Positions 1 through 12,569 of a stretch of 64,000 nucleotides of DNA are shown here, one piece after another. The stretch comes from Macrostomum hystrix (taxonomy: Eukaryota; Animalia; Platyhelminthes): contig CATNEN010000011.1 of NCBI GenBank assembly GCA_950097015.1, positions 2,170,001-2,234,000 of the forward strand, written 5' to 3'. The notes under the pieces are model-generated. The model was not told the origin of the DNA, searched no databases, and saw only the letters and a list, made by a program, of their open reading frames with translations. Within the stretch, counting starts at the first letter, position 1. Each line of letters starts with the position of its first letter. Made by a program: the position numbers and the translations under genes.

Positions 1-2355
1 CTACTGATGCTAGTGTCTAACAGTTACTGATGCTAGTGTCTAACAGCTACTGATGCTAGTGTCTAACAGCTACTGATGCTAGTGTCTAACAGCTACTGAT
101 GCTAGTGTCTAACAGCTACTGATGCTAGTGTCTAACACCTACTGATGCTAGTGTCTAACAGCTACTGATGCTAGTGTCTAACAGCTACTGATGCTAGTGT
201 CTAACAGCTACTGATGCTAGTGTCTAACAGCTACTGATGCTAGTGTCTAACAGCTACTGATGCTAGTGTCTAACAGCTACTGATGCTAGTGTCTAACAGC
301 TACTGATGCTAGTGTCTAACAGCTACTGATGCTAGTGTCTAACAGCTACTGATGCTAGTGTCTAACAGCTACTGATGCTAGTGTCTAACAGCTACTGATG
401 CTAGTGTCTAACAGCTACTGATGCTAGTGTCTAACAGTTACTGATGCTAGTCTCTAACAGCTACTGATGCTAGTGTCTAACAGTTACTGATGCTAGTGTC
501 TAACAGTTACTGATGCTAGTGTCTAACAGCTACTGATGCTAGTGTCTAACAGTTACTGATGCTAGTGTCTAACAGCTACTGATGCTAGTGTCTAACAGTT
601 ACTGATGCTAGTCTCTAACAGTTACTGATGCTAGTGTCTAACAGCTACTGATGCTAGTGTCTAACAGTTACTGATGCTAGTGTCTAACAGCTACTGATGC
701 TAGTGTCTAACAGCTACTGATGCTAGTGTCTAACAGATACTGATGCTAGTGTCTAACAGTTACTGATGACAGACGACAGTGTCTAACAGCTACTGATGCT
801 AGTGTCTAACAGATACTGATGCTAGTGTCTAACAGTTACTGATGACAGACGACAGTGTCTAACAGCTACTGATGCTAGTGTCTAACAGATACTGATGCTA
901 GTGTCTAACAGCTACTGATGCTAGTGTCTAACAGCTACTGATGCTAGTGTCTAACAGTTACTGATGCTAGTCTCTAACAGCTACTGATGCTAGTGTCTAA
1001 CAGTTACTGATGCTAGTGTCTAACAGTTACTGATGCTAGTGTCTAACAGCTACTGATGCTAGTGTCTAACAGTTACTGATGCTAGTGTCTAACAGCTACT
1101 GATGCTAGTGTCTAACAGTTACTGATGCTAGTGTCTAACAGTTACTGATGCTAGTGTCTAACAGCTACTGATGCTAGTGTCTAACAGTTACTGATGCTAG
1201 TGTCTAACAGCTACTGATGCTAGTGTCTAACAGCTACTGATGCTAGTGTCTAACAGATACTGATGCTAGTGTCTAACAGTTACTGATGACAGACGACAGT
1301 GTCTAACAGCTACTGATGCTAGTGTCTAACAGATACTGATGCTAGTGTCTAACAGCTACTGATGCTAGTGTCTAACAGCTACTGATGCTAGTGTCTAACA
1401 GCTACTGATGCTAGTGTCTAACAGTTACTGATGCTAGTCTCTAACAGTTACTGGTGCTAGTGTCTAACAGCTACTGATGCTAGTGTCTAACAGTTACTGA
1501 TGCTAGTGTCTAACAGTTACTGATGCTAGTGTCTAACAGTTACTGATGCTAGTGTCTAACAGTTACTGGTGCTAGTGTCTAACAGCTACTGATGCTAGTG
1601 TCTAACAGCTACTGATGCTAGTGTCTAACAGCTACTGATGCTAGTGTCTAACAGTAACTGATGCTAGTGTCTAACAGTTACTGATGCTAGTGTCTAACAG
1701 CTACTGATGCTAGTGTCTAACAGTTACTGGTGCTAGTGTCTAACAGCTACTGATGCTAGTGTCTAACAGTTACTGATGACAGACGACAGTGTCTAACAGT
1801 TACTGATGCTATTGTCTAACAGCTACTGATGCTAGTGTCTAACAGCTACTGATGCTAGTGTCTAACAGCTACTGATGCTAGTCTCTAACAGTTACTGATG
1901 CTAGTGTCTAACAGTTACTGGTGCTAGTGTCTAACAGCTACTGATGCTAGTGTCTAACAGCTACTGATGCTAGTGTCTAACAGCTACTGATGCTAGTGTC
2001 TAACAGTAACTGATGCTAGTGTCTAACAGTTACTGATGCTAGTGTCTAACAGCTACTGATGCTAGTGTCTAACAGTTACTGGTGCTAGTGTCTAACAGCT
2101 ACTGATGCTAGTGTCTAACAGTTACTGATGACAGACGACAGTGTCTAACAGTTACTGATGCTATTGTCTAACAGCTACTGATGCTAGTGTCTAACAGCTA
2201 CTGATGCTAGTGTCTAACAGCTACTGATGCTAGTCTCTAACAGTTACTGATGCTAGTGTCTAACAGTTACTGATGCTAGTGTCTAACAGCTACTGATGCT
2301 AGTGTCTAACAGCTACTGATGCTAGTGTCTAACAGCTACTGATGCTAGTGTCTAA
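1..2355. repeat. 23-bp minisatellite (CTACTGATGCTAGTGTCTAACAG) in a GRAMD1-like intron
   Basis: About 100 contiguous units with c/t/g variants and recurrent 30-bp GACAGACGAC variants. It ends ~30 nt from the exon donor at 2384. Confidence 0.98.
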
Positions 2356-2383
2356 TGTTGAGCACTACTCATGCACTACTTAC

Positions 2384-4249
2384 CCAAATCATTGCCGTAT
2401 GACTCGTGAATAAGCTCCCACATAATAGTGGGATGCATCGGCTGTGGACACAGTTCCCACAGCAGGCTGAGCAGGCTGTAAGTCTTCTCCCTGGCTGTCA
2501 GGCTGGTTAGAAAGTACCTGTAAGGCGTGTGAGAACATTGTCGATGTTGCGAATGAGTAGTAAAAACATTTATGGAATTATAGTGTCTCGGAAAATAATT
2601 CCGAAAAAGCGTTGTAAAATCATAACGCTTTAAAAAGATGAAACCTTTTGGTACTCAGGCCCCAGAAACATAAAACCATTAAATATTCAGGCTTCAGAAA
2701 CATAAAACCATCGAATCTTCAGGCCTCAGAAACAAAACTATCGAATCTTCAGGCCTCAGAAACATAAAACCATCGAATCTTCAGGCCTCAGAAACATAAA
2801 ACCTCGAATCTTCAGGCCTCAGAAACATAAAACCTCGAATCTTCAGGCCTCAGAAACAAAACCATCGAATCTTCAGGCCTCAGAAACATAAAACCATCGA
2901 ATCTTCAGGCCTCAGAAACATAAAACCATCGAATCTTCAGGCCTCAGAAACATAAAACCATCGAATCTTCAGGCCTCAGAAACATAGAAGCATCGAATAT
3001 TCAGGCCTCAGAAACATAAAACCATCGAATCTTCAGGCCTCAGAAACATAAAACCATCGAATATTCAGGCTTCAGAAACATAAAACCATCGAATCTTCAG
3101 GCCTCAGAAACATAAACCATCGAATACACAGGTCTCAGAAACATAAAACCATCGAATACACAGGTCTCAGAAACATAGAAGCATCGAATATTCAGGCCTC
3201 AGAAACATAAAACCATCGAATATTCAGGCTTCAGAAACATAAAACCATCGAATCTTCAGGCCTGAGAAACATAAAACCATCGAATCTTCAGGCCTCAGAA
3301 ACATAAACCATTGAATACACAGGTCTCAGAAACATAAAACCATCGAATACACAGGTCTCAGAAACATAGAAGCATCGAATATTCAGGCCTCAGAAACATA
3401 GAAGCATCGAATATTCAGGCCTCAGAAACATAATAATGGCATCAGAATAAGCCATCCCACTGAATCTAAAGGACCGGCCGCACAAACTCACCGATCTTGC
3501 CCGGACACAACCAGAATCGCATTGGGAATGAGACGAGCCGTGCGCTCTTTAGTTAGCGAAGTCACAGCCGACAAGGACACGGTGAATCGCGTCTCAAAGC
3601 CGATAATCTTGGAATAGAAGCAGAGTCTGTTTGCGGTGGCGTACAGCCGGCCCTGTACCAGGAATCCGTTGCGGTCCCAGGCGCAGCTGAAGTCGGTGAC
3701 GAGCCGTTCAGCCAGCGGCACCTCCTTGAATAGGCGATGCAGGGAGGCGTCTCGCTGCTTGTAGGCCGGATTGAAGGCGCTCCGCAGGCCGCCAGATCGG
3801 CGAACCTTCTGAGCTGGCGCTGCGGTTGTCGACGCAGCCGAGGACGATTTCGCCAGGCCGGTGCCGCCTACTGAAGAACCCGACGATGACGCGCCAGCAG
3901 CGTTGACAACTTTCTGAGCCGGATGCGAATTCGAGGAAGCAGCGGCAGCAGCTACAGGTGCCTCCGTCAACGGTGAGCTGTCATCCTGACGATCGCCAGA
4001 CGAAGTCGGCAACTGCGCCAGGCAGTCTTCGAACAGGTCGGACGAATCGGAGGCCAACGGCAGCCGGCGTCGAAGCCAACTGTCCGAGTATTCGGCCAGA
4101 GTCAGCGCGTTGGCTGTTGAAGCCGACGACGATATAGATTTGTTAATGGCTGCGGCAGATTCGGGCACTCCAAAGGCGGCGGCGACCCGACGAGCGGCTG
4201 CCGATGTCGGTGACCGTTCGGCTGCGGCGACTGTCGCTGTGGCGGCCTG
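2384..4249 (-). CDS. GRAMD1: GRAM-domain protein, GRAMD1/Aster-like (partial; exons 4249-3492 and 2517-2384)
   Basis: Exon 4249-3492 encodes the GRAM domain (DFSCAWDR..LVQGRLYATANRLCFYSKIIGFET...ERTARLIPNAI). A phase-2 GT-AG intron joins it to YFLTSLTAREKTYSLLSLLWELCPQPMHPTIMWELIHESYGNDLG, matching the GRAMD1 post-GRAM helix (W..VH..YG.ELG). The start exon was not found and the gene continues beyond base 1. Confidence 0.88.
2655..3430. repeat. ~32-bp minisatellite (AGGCCTCAGAAACATAAAACCATCGAATCTTC), intronic
   Basis: About 24 units with A-run length variants, between GRAMD1-like exons. Confidence 0.95.
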
Positions 4250-4309
4250 CTGTGGAAGTTAGCGTCAGGACTCTCGTCTCACTCTGGCTAAGTACGGGAT
4301 CCCAAAGTC

Positions 4310-4800
4310 CCACTCTGTCTAATAGACGGGATCTCAAAATCCCCATGGAGACCGGATCTCAAAATCCCACTCTGCCTTAGAGACTGGATCTCAAATCCCC
4401 ATAGAGACGGGATTTCAAAATCCCACCCTGCCTTATGGACTGGATCTCAAAATCCCACCCTGCCTTAGAGACGGGATCTCAAAATCCTACCAGCTGCCTT
4501 AGAGACGGGATCTCAAAATCCCACCCTGCCTTAGAGACGGGATCTCAAAATCCCACCCTGCCTTATGGACTGGATCTCAAAATCCCACCCTGCCTTAGAG
4601 ACGGGATCTCAAAATCCCACCCTGCCTTAGAGACGGGATCTCAAAATCCCACCCTGCCTTAGAGACGGGATCTCAAAATCCCACCCTGCCTTAGAGACGG
4701 GATCTCAAAATCCCACCCTGCCTTAGAGACAGGATCTCAAAATTCCACCCTGCGTTAGAGACGGGATCTAAAAATCCCACTCTGCCTTAGAGGCGGGATC
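4310..4800. repeat. 32-bp minisatellite (GAGACGGGATCTCAAAATCCCACCCTGCCTTA)
   Basis: About 14 units immediately upstream of the acceptor at 4250 (minus). Confidence 0.95.
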
Positions 4801-5339
4801 TAAAACATCAGACTAAGGGCTGTAGACCTTTTACTTCAATTGCATGTTTAAATTAAAAGTACAAAAGACCTGACAAAATGCTGAAAACACGAGAAAGAGC
4901 AATGTACTTTTCTAATAAAAATTTAAGCGTAGAACTTTCGAAGGCACATTGCTACATGTAGTTTTGCAATATCTATAAAAATAACAATGGACGGGGGGTT
5001 TAGCTACAATGTAAAAGGCGAACAATATAAAAAACTTTTTTTTTATGTTTCTGCTTCTGCTTTTAAGGCACGCACAAAGGAATGCTTCACATCACAGTCG
5101 TTAGGCACAGACTATTTATAGAAGTGATCATCTCTGTTTAATAGTCTGCATCATCAGCCAATCATGCTGCTAGCTAAACACGAAGCCCCATAAAGCAGAC
5201 AGGCGGTAAGCTGCAGGCATGCATTAAAGAACTGAAGCCTGATCTAGGAAATACATCATACTCACTGTATTTAACACTGCACCTCATTGCTTTAGTAGAG
5301 CATTCAAGAAAACAAGGTTTGCCCACGCAACCCCATTAT

Positions 5340-5940
5340 ATACCCTATCTACCCTATCTACTACCCGATAATCTACCCGATTATCTACCATATTTACTGC
5401 CCGCTTGTCAACCCTAATCTTCTACCCGACTGTCTACCCTATCTACTAACCGATGTCTACCCTATCTACTACCCGATGTCTACCCTATCTACTACCCGAT
5501 GTCTACCCTATCTACTACCCGACTGTCTACCCTATCTACTACCCGACTGTCTACCCTATCTACTACCCGATGTCTACCCTATCTACTACCCGATGTCTAC
5601 CCTATCTACTACCAGACTGTCTACCCTATCTACTACCCGACTGTCTACCCTATCTACTACCCGATGTCTACCCTATCTACTACCAGACTGTCTACCCTAT
5701 CTACTACCCGACTGTCTACCATATCTACTACCCGACTGTCTACCCTATCTACTACCCGACTGTCTACCCTATCTACTACCCGATGTCTACCCTATCTACT
5801 ACCCGATGTCTACCCTATCTACTACCAGACTGTCTACCCTATCTACTACCCGACTGTCTACCATATCTACTACCCGACTGTCTACCCTATCTACTACCCG
5901 ATGTCTACCCTATCTACTACCAGACTGTCTACCCTATCTA
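5340..5940. repeat. 23/24-bp minisatellite (TACCCGA(C)TGTCTACCCTATCTAC)
   Basis: Periodic units that explain the three overlapping repetitive ORFs at 5453-6066. Confidence 0.95.
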
Positions 5941-6382
5941 GTACCCATTGATACACTTCAAAGACTTAACCAGTCTGGAAAAGCAGACCAGCCACAGCTC
6001 AATGCAACACACTGCAGAATTTATCTATCTAAGCGCAATTTTAATACCGCCTCGAGTTTTTCTTAAAACTGGCCTAGATTTTTTCGTTTAGAAAAAATTA
6101 ACTTTAATTGCTCCATGCAGGCATTTAAATATACAAGCTGCTATTTTTGTCTTTGTTTTGTTAGTAAGAAAATCTAGTGTTTCATTTTAATAGCATATTA
6201 TTTCTTCTTGCATATAATTCGCTGATAAGAGAGCAACGATAAGGAACAGATTCTAGGCTAGTGGCTTCTAGTTGAAACAAGAAATTAAAAAATGAAAAAA
6301 CAGAACATGTTGCAAGTATTATAATGCATCAGTGCACTTGAATTTTTTCTACTGAAATTTTTCGAGCATGTGCGTTTCACAA

Positions 6383-6900
6383 AAATTCTGGTTTCTGAAG
6401 ATTCTGTTTGGGAAGATTCTGGTTTGGAAAGATTCTAGTTTGTGAAGATTCTGGTTTGGAAAGATTCTGGTTTCTGAAGATTCTAGTTTGTGAAGATTCT
6501 GGTTTGGAAAGATTCTAGTTTGTGAAGATTCTGCTTTCTGAAGATTCTGTTTGGGAAGATTCTATTTAGGGAAGATTCTGGTTTGGGAAGATTCTGGTTT
6601 GGAAAGATTCTAGTTTGTGAAGATTCTGCTTTCTGAAGATTCTGGCTTGGGAAGATTCTATTTAGGGAAGATTCTGGTTTGGGAAGATTCTGGTTTCTGA
6701 AGATTCTGGTTTGGGAAGATTCTGGTTTGGAAAGATTCTGGTTTCTTAAGATTCTGGTTTGGGAAGATTCTAGTTTGTGAAGATTACTGCTTTCTGAAGA
6801 TTCTGGTTTGGGAAGATTCTGGTTTGTTAAGATTCTAGTTTGGGAAGGTTCTGCTTTGGGAAGTTTCTGGTCTGGGGAGATTATGTTTTGGGGAGATTCT
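6383..6900. repeat. 16-17-bp degenerate minisatellite (GAAGATTCTGGTTTGG)
   Basis: About 30 units just 3' of the LRRC46-like stop codon. Confidence 0.93.
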
Positions 6901-6936
6901 GGTTGAGGAGTAAGATTCGAAACGAGAACTTTAGAA

Positions 6937-8788
6937 CTAGTCCGCTCTAGCTCTAGCTTGGTCATCGGCTATAGACTCAGCCATGGAAGCAGCCAATAGA
7001 AATCGTTGGCGCCTATTGCTCTGACTACCGTCGCCGCTGTCGCCACCAGAGTTGAGCATCATGGATTCCAGCCGAGACTGCGATCGCATCAGTATGTCGC
7101 CAGCCAGAGCGCGCACAGAGTCAGCCAGAAGAGCTTCCTGATTGTCTTCAATGCCTTCCTCTTCAACTTCTTCGTCGTCATCTCCGTCGTCATCATCGAG
7201 AGGTTCGCCGAGACACTGACGCGCAACACGCAGCATTCGAGCAACATCATCGTCCACAGCCGATTCGTCACCATCGACGTTCTTATCATCATCGTCGTCG
7301 TCGTCTTCGTCCTCGGAGTCGGTTGGCAGACGCTCTGAATCGCCGCCAGTGTCCCGTCGGTTGAGAATGCGCAAATCGAGCTGATGAAGCCGCTGAAGTC
7401 TGGCTAGTACGGCGCGTCGATAGCCGCGACACGGATTGCCCTGAGTAAGCGAAGGTCGAGGGGGTGAGTGGAATAGCGGTTAACGCGTTTACCTCTCGCG
7501 CCAAGGTCCCTGAGCTCGATTCCGCGTCGAGGTCACATTTATTTGGGGCGCAGCCGCGGAGAGAAGGCTTGGGGGCTTGTCGTGCAATTTACGCCCTTGA
7601 GGGCCAACCTTCAATGCGCAGTGAGAGTGTACACTGACTGACGATGAGAAAGTCAGGGCAGATGTACACACCTGTGTGAGCGTGTGCCTGCATACAGTAT
7701 CTGTGTGCGTGTGTGCTCAGGAGTCAGCGAATTCAGCGAATTTTCTTATGTCTCGCATTTCACGAGACAACTCAATTTCTATTATTGAGCAAGTAAATGA
7801 TATAAATAAATAAAGCTTGCCTTATTGAAATATTTAAAATACTATCACTTGGCACTCAATAAAAAAACAGAGCGAAATGGGCAGAATTGCCTCCCCGCTG
7901 GTAGCGGGTCTAGTCTCACCAAATGATGTGCCATTATTGCACATTATTGCGCAGTCCTCCTGCAATTATTTTTCTTAAGCGAATGTCGAAGTTCAGGTGA
8001 CGTTGAATTACACGAGGAAGACTTCTAAACGAGAGGCAAAATAATTTTGAATGAGCATGTGACCGACTTCAGCCCACGAAATTTCGAAGTCTGTAGTTCT
8101 ACTTGAAGCTAACAATTGAAAATCAAAAAAGTACCTGTAGGCACAGGATGAACAGATTCTGCGGCAGGTCCTGGCCTGGGTCCAGTCTGGTCAAATCATT
8201 GTGCGAAGCGTCCAGAAACCTTAGGCCAGGCGAGGCGTCGGCGAGGCCAGTTAGCGCGCGAAGCCTGTTGTGCGCCACAGTCAGGAACACCAGGCTGGGC
8301 AACAGGTCAATGCCGGGCAGTAGACTCTCCAAGCGATTGTGCTGCAGGTAGAGATGAGTAACACAGTTGCCGGATGGCCACAGGTGAGGAAAACAGTCCA
8401 GGTTTGTAAGTTTTGCTCGATCTAGGCGAGCGTGAGTGATTCCAGAGAGTTCCTCAGCTGCACAGTCTGCTGCTTCATCAAAAGATGAGGAAGGCAGGAG
8501 TCGGTCGAGCAAACGTTTGTTAAGCTGATCTAGAGTCTCAGGTTCCTCTTCCTCCTGCTGCTGCTGCTGCTGCTGCAACTCCAATCGCTCCAGCATGTCT
8601 GGCATGTCGTCAGTCAAGTCTTCATCAACATCACGATCCAATCTTGACGGCGTCTTTGTACTAGAAGTTGCAGGCGGTGATGTCTGCTTTTTCTTTGGTC
8701 GCGTCAACGAGACACCTGAAGCCTTAGATTTGGATGCTGCTGCTGCTGCTGTTACTGCTGGCTTCTGTTGTTGCAATCGCTTTGACAT
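6937..8788 (-). CDS. LRRC46: Leucine-rich-repeat protein, LRRC46-like, with acidic C-terminus (exons 8788-8135 and 7440-6937)
   Basis: LRRs: RLDRAKL, HLYLQHNRL, FLTVAHNRL, FLDASHNDL, ILCLQ. A phase-0 intron joins these to the LRR cap GNPCRGYRRAVLARLQRLHQLD, followed by a D/E-rich tail and TAG at 6937. The orthology call is from motif recall and is not certain. Confidence 0.75.
7460..7972 (+). mobile_element. SINE family A copy 1 (tRNA-like head), interrupted by a 130-bp templated insertion
   Basis: A-box-like TGG..AGCGG and B-box-like GCTCGATTCC, then the body shared with ~11 other copies, then the tail GCGAAATGGGCAGAATTGCC...CAATTATT. Confidence 0.85.
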
Positions 8789-10090
8789 ATTTATAGCTAA
8801 AAAGGTTTTTTGGAAGGGATAAATATATATCCTATCTGTCTGTTCGAATGCTTTTAATAATGCACAAATACATATACTCGTACTGTAATTCAAAAACTTG
8901 ATTTTCTTTAATTCTACCTTTATTTAGATCTTCACTTTATATAGACTATGGGAGCATTGTGTTCAGTGGCTTAACCAGGATTTTCCTCTGGAAGCTTATA
9001 GTCCAGAATCCCTACACAACCACTTGCAAGCTTTTTAATTTCAGCCCTAAAATATCATACATCTGGAAGGTCATGACCCTCGTGACCATGCCACTGATTA
9101 TGGTGTAATAAACAAATTTAAAAATATTCTAAAATGTAATAATTTGTAGAAATATTGATCAATATAAGCTTGCCTTATTGAAATATTTAAAATACTATCA
9201 CTTGGCACTCAATAAAAAAACAGAGGCTTAAGAAAAATATCAAAAGAATATATATAAACACAGTATATGCAAATGATGTTTGTATTGGTATATAGAAATT
9301 ATGGATACAAGTATATACAAACTATACAAACTGATATTATACAAACTACAATATACAAACTACAAACTACTCTCACATATTTTCTTATGTCTCGCATTTC
9401 AGGAGACAACTCAATTTCTATTATTGAGCAAGTAAATGATATAAATAAATACTAAAAACTATTTGTCATTACAACTCTAATCTTAAAAGTATCAAATCTA
9501 CATTCTTAAAAACAACCAAAAAACTTTTAGACTATTAAGATCAATGCTCTAAGAACAAATGTTAAAAACAGGGCTACCAAAATACAAAAACTTGCATAAT
9601 TTAAATAAGATAAACTTTATTTAAATACTTAACTTTTAATCATTTACAAGGTTAATTATTTCTGATGATGATGAAAGATAATTCTGGTCTAAAAATAAAT
9701 GAAAAAAAGACATAAAATTATTAAACAGAAATTTAAATATTTTTTCCACAATTCGAATCTTAACATAATTATTTATTAGTAAATTTAATTAGTCCGAATA
9801 TGTTAGTAAATCATAACAAATGGCTCGTTGGTATTCGAAATCTGTTTGATTATAAAATGGCGGTTAAATAAGTATTTTTTACTGAAACACATTTTTACAA
9901 GATATAGCACCATTTTTATTGATTTGGATTTCCTTGACATAAATTTTATTGATAATTGGGATTTTGGATTAGCAAAATTTTCGATAGAATTTTATAATTT
10001 AAATTATTTTCCGCGCACAACTTCTAAGAAATCAAGGTAAGACAAAATAAAAGGTATTACGCACTCAAAACTTAAAGTACTGTGCGAGGG

Positions 10091-10470
10091 CTGTTTTCCA
10101 AATACATCCCAAATATAACATGCAAAATTTTCGCATATTTATCCTCCGATAACATGTTACCGTGTTACAGAATTCGAGCTTCTATGAAAGTAAATCGTGA
10201 AAGCAAACGTATAAATTGTAACTAGCTTATTGCTACTACATGTCAGTGTTACTTTGCAGGTCCTGTGATGTATGTCTAATTGCTTAGTTTTGCATTTCTA
10301 TAGTATTTGGACTTATATTTCAAGCCGCTAAAAGTATTCATTAATATAAAATGACATAGTAAATAATTTATAAAAAATTATAATGTAACTGTAACACGGT
10401 AACATGTTATCGCAGGATAAATATGCCAAACTTTTGCATTTTATAATTGGGATGTTTTTGGAAAACAGAG
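10091..10470. mobile_element. MITE-like element with ~80-bp imperfect terminal inverted repeats
   Basis: 10091-10170 (CTGTTTTCCAAATACATCCC...CATGTTACCGTGTTACAG) is the reverse complement of 10390-10470, with an AT-rich non-coding core between them. No clear TSD. Confidence 0.6.
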
Positions 10471-11829
10471 GTGACTGTGCACTTTCAAAGATTTTATTAT
10501 GAATTGATAATTTATTATTGAATAAAAATATAGGAACTTAAGGTCAAGATAAATTTTCTCATCAAACGAAAATCAAAGCAATATCACATTGTTACGTCTG
10601 ATATTGCTTTCACATGCATCACATCAATATCACATTCATGACTGACTGTGACGCCGAAGTCAGTTTTTTATTTGCGGAACGTATTGATTTACGAAGGATT
10701 TGCTAATGTGGAAACTTAAATGTGTTCTTTGACGTTTTTAGCGGTTGCTTCTTATTGGAACATTCAGCCGCAGTACTGTGACACAAAAAATTCAGGTTAT
10801 TTTTTATATTAAAAAGTACTTTTAAAGTGTGCTTTCTTTAACTGATTGTACGTGGAACAGCAAGTCAGTCTGTCTCCATTTTTCAACGGCTCTGGAATGA
10901 ACAGAGCAAAAAGCTATATTTCGTGTAACATTACAGTAATATTTTCGCATGGTCTTTTCTGAAGTACGCTTCATACTGATGTCCATGCAGTTGCATCCAG
11001 TTAGCTAATTAAAACGAAAAGGATTGAAATGGAGTCACTATAATTTTGTTTTTCATCAGTTACTAATTGTACAAACAATTACAAAGTGCTGCATTGTAAC
11101 GTCTTTTTTATTTTTGATAAGGAAAACGAACAAAATCAAATCAATCGATGGAATGAATCGTACCACTTTATGGAGTACATTTTCATGACAGCGTCGAAGC
11201 AGAAAAAACTAATCGAAAGTTGGTAAGGGAATGAATTGATCGAATAACGGGAAGAGGAATCGATGTTGACGAAAAGTACAACCGAAATAAATATTTTTGT
11301 GCATTTTTGTAAGTGCTTTGCCACAAGTCTTATTTAGTAAAGAGAAGAAGAAAAGTTTGAGCAAAACAAAACAAACATTCATTATGCACCAATTTATGGG
11401 TAAAGAATTTGGCAGTAAAAGTTTTAGACGGCATTCCAATTTTTTAATGGTGAATTGCAGCTTAATTTTGAGCAAGTTGCGAGCCAAAGTTTAGAAAAAG
11501 AAGCATGCTGGGCAAGTTTAACAAAACAAAGAGCTGCCTAATATAGATAGGGTGATTTTATGTATAATTATGAATTTGCATGCAACATTGAATCAGGCAG
11601 AAAAAAACAATAGACAGGTGTTGCAAAACAATGGTTTACGGGTATTTTAAAACAGAGCTTATAGTACTTGAAGTACTAACGTACAGAGAAGTGGACAATC
11701 AAAACTAAATTGGAATTGTGAAATTTGGACTCAGTGAACATTGGTGCAAATTTATAATGGCGCAATAGAAACCAAGAAAATATGAGACAGACAAGACGAT
11801 TGATTATTTGTTGGTCAAAATCGAGGTCT

Positions 11830-12400
11830 AAGGGGTGGGGTAATGACCCAACAAGCAGACATGTAGGATTTGGGTAATGACCAATCAAAGAGACAAGTGG
11901 GATTGGGGTAATGACCGATCAAAGAGACAGGTGGGATTGGGGTAATGACCAATCAAAGAGACAGGTGGGATTGGGGTAATGACCAATCAAAGAGACAGGT
12001 GGGATTGGGGTAATGACCGATCAAAGAGACAGGTGGGATTGGGGTAATGACCGATCAAAGAGACAGGTGGGATTGGGGTAATGACCAATCAAAGAGACAG
12101 GTGGGATTGGGGTAATGACCGATCAAAGAGACACGTGGGATTGGGGTAATGACCGATCAATGAGACAGGTGGGATTGGGGTAATGACCGATCAGAGAGAC
12201 AGGTAGGAGTGGGGTAATGACCGATCAAAGAGACAGGTGGGATTGGGGTAATGACCGATCAGAGAGACAGGTGGGATTGGGGTAATGACCGATCAAAGAG
12301 ACAGGTGGGATTGGGGTCACATCGCAGGCGGTGCAAAACGCAAAACGCAAAGCGCAAAACGCAGTGCAGCGGTAATGACCGATCAAAGAGACAGGTAGGA
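11830..12400. repeat. 34-bp minisatellite (GGGATTGGGGTAATGACCGATCAAAGAGACAGGT)
   Basis: About 14 units downstream of the spalt stop codon. Confidence 0.95.
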
Positions 12401-12569
12401 GTGGGGTAGTGATCTACCAGAAGACCGGTAAGGTAGATGGTATTGATTGGGCAGAGAGGCACTTTTGCAGCAATGAACCAAAATCGGTTTTCAAGAGAAG
12501 AGCAAAGATTGCAAAAAAACAATCAGACAAAATGATAAAATTCCTTCATCCTGAATCGCACGTCAGAAC

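Noticed and set aside
3488-4168. ORF-track GTG/TTG starts as real initiation sites (prokaryotic reading)
   Set aside because: The genes are spliced with canonical GT-AG introns, and these ORFs are internal exons.
10660-11520. AT-rich stretch with coding-like fragments (for example DKENEQNQINRWNESYHFMEYIF on plus)
   Set aside because: Frequent stops in all frames, no recognisable motif and no consistent exon chain. A decayed element cannot be excluded.
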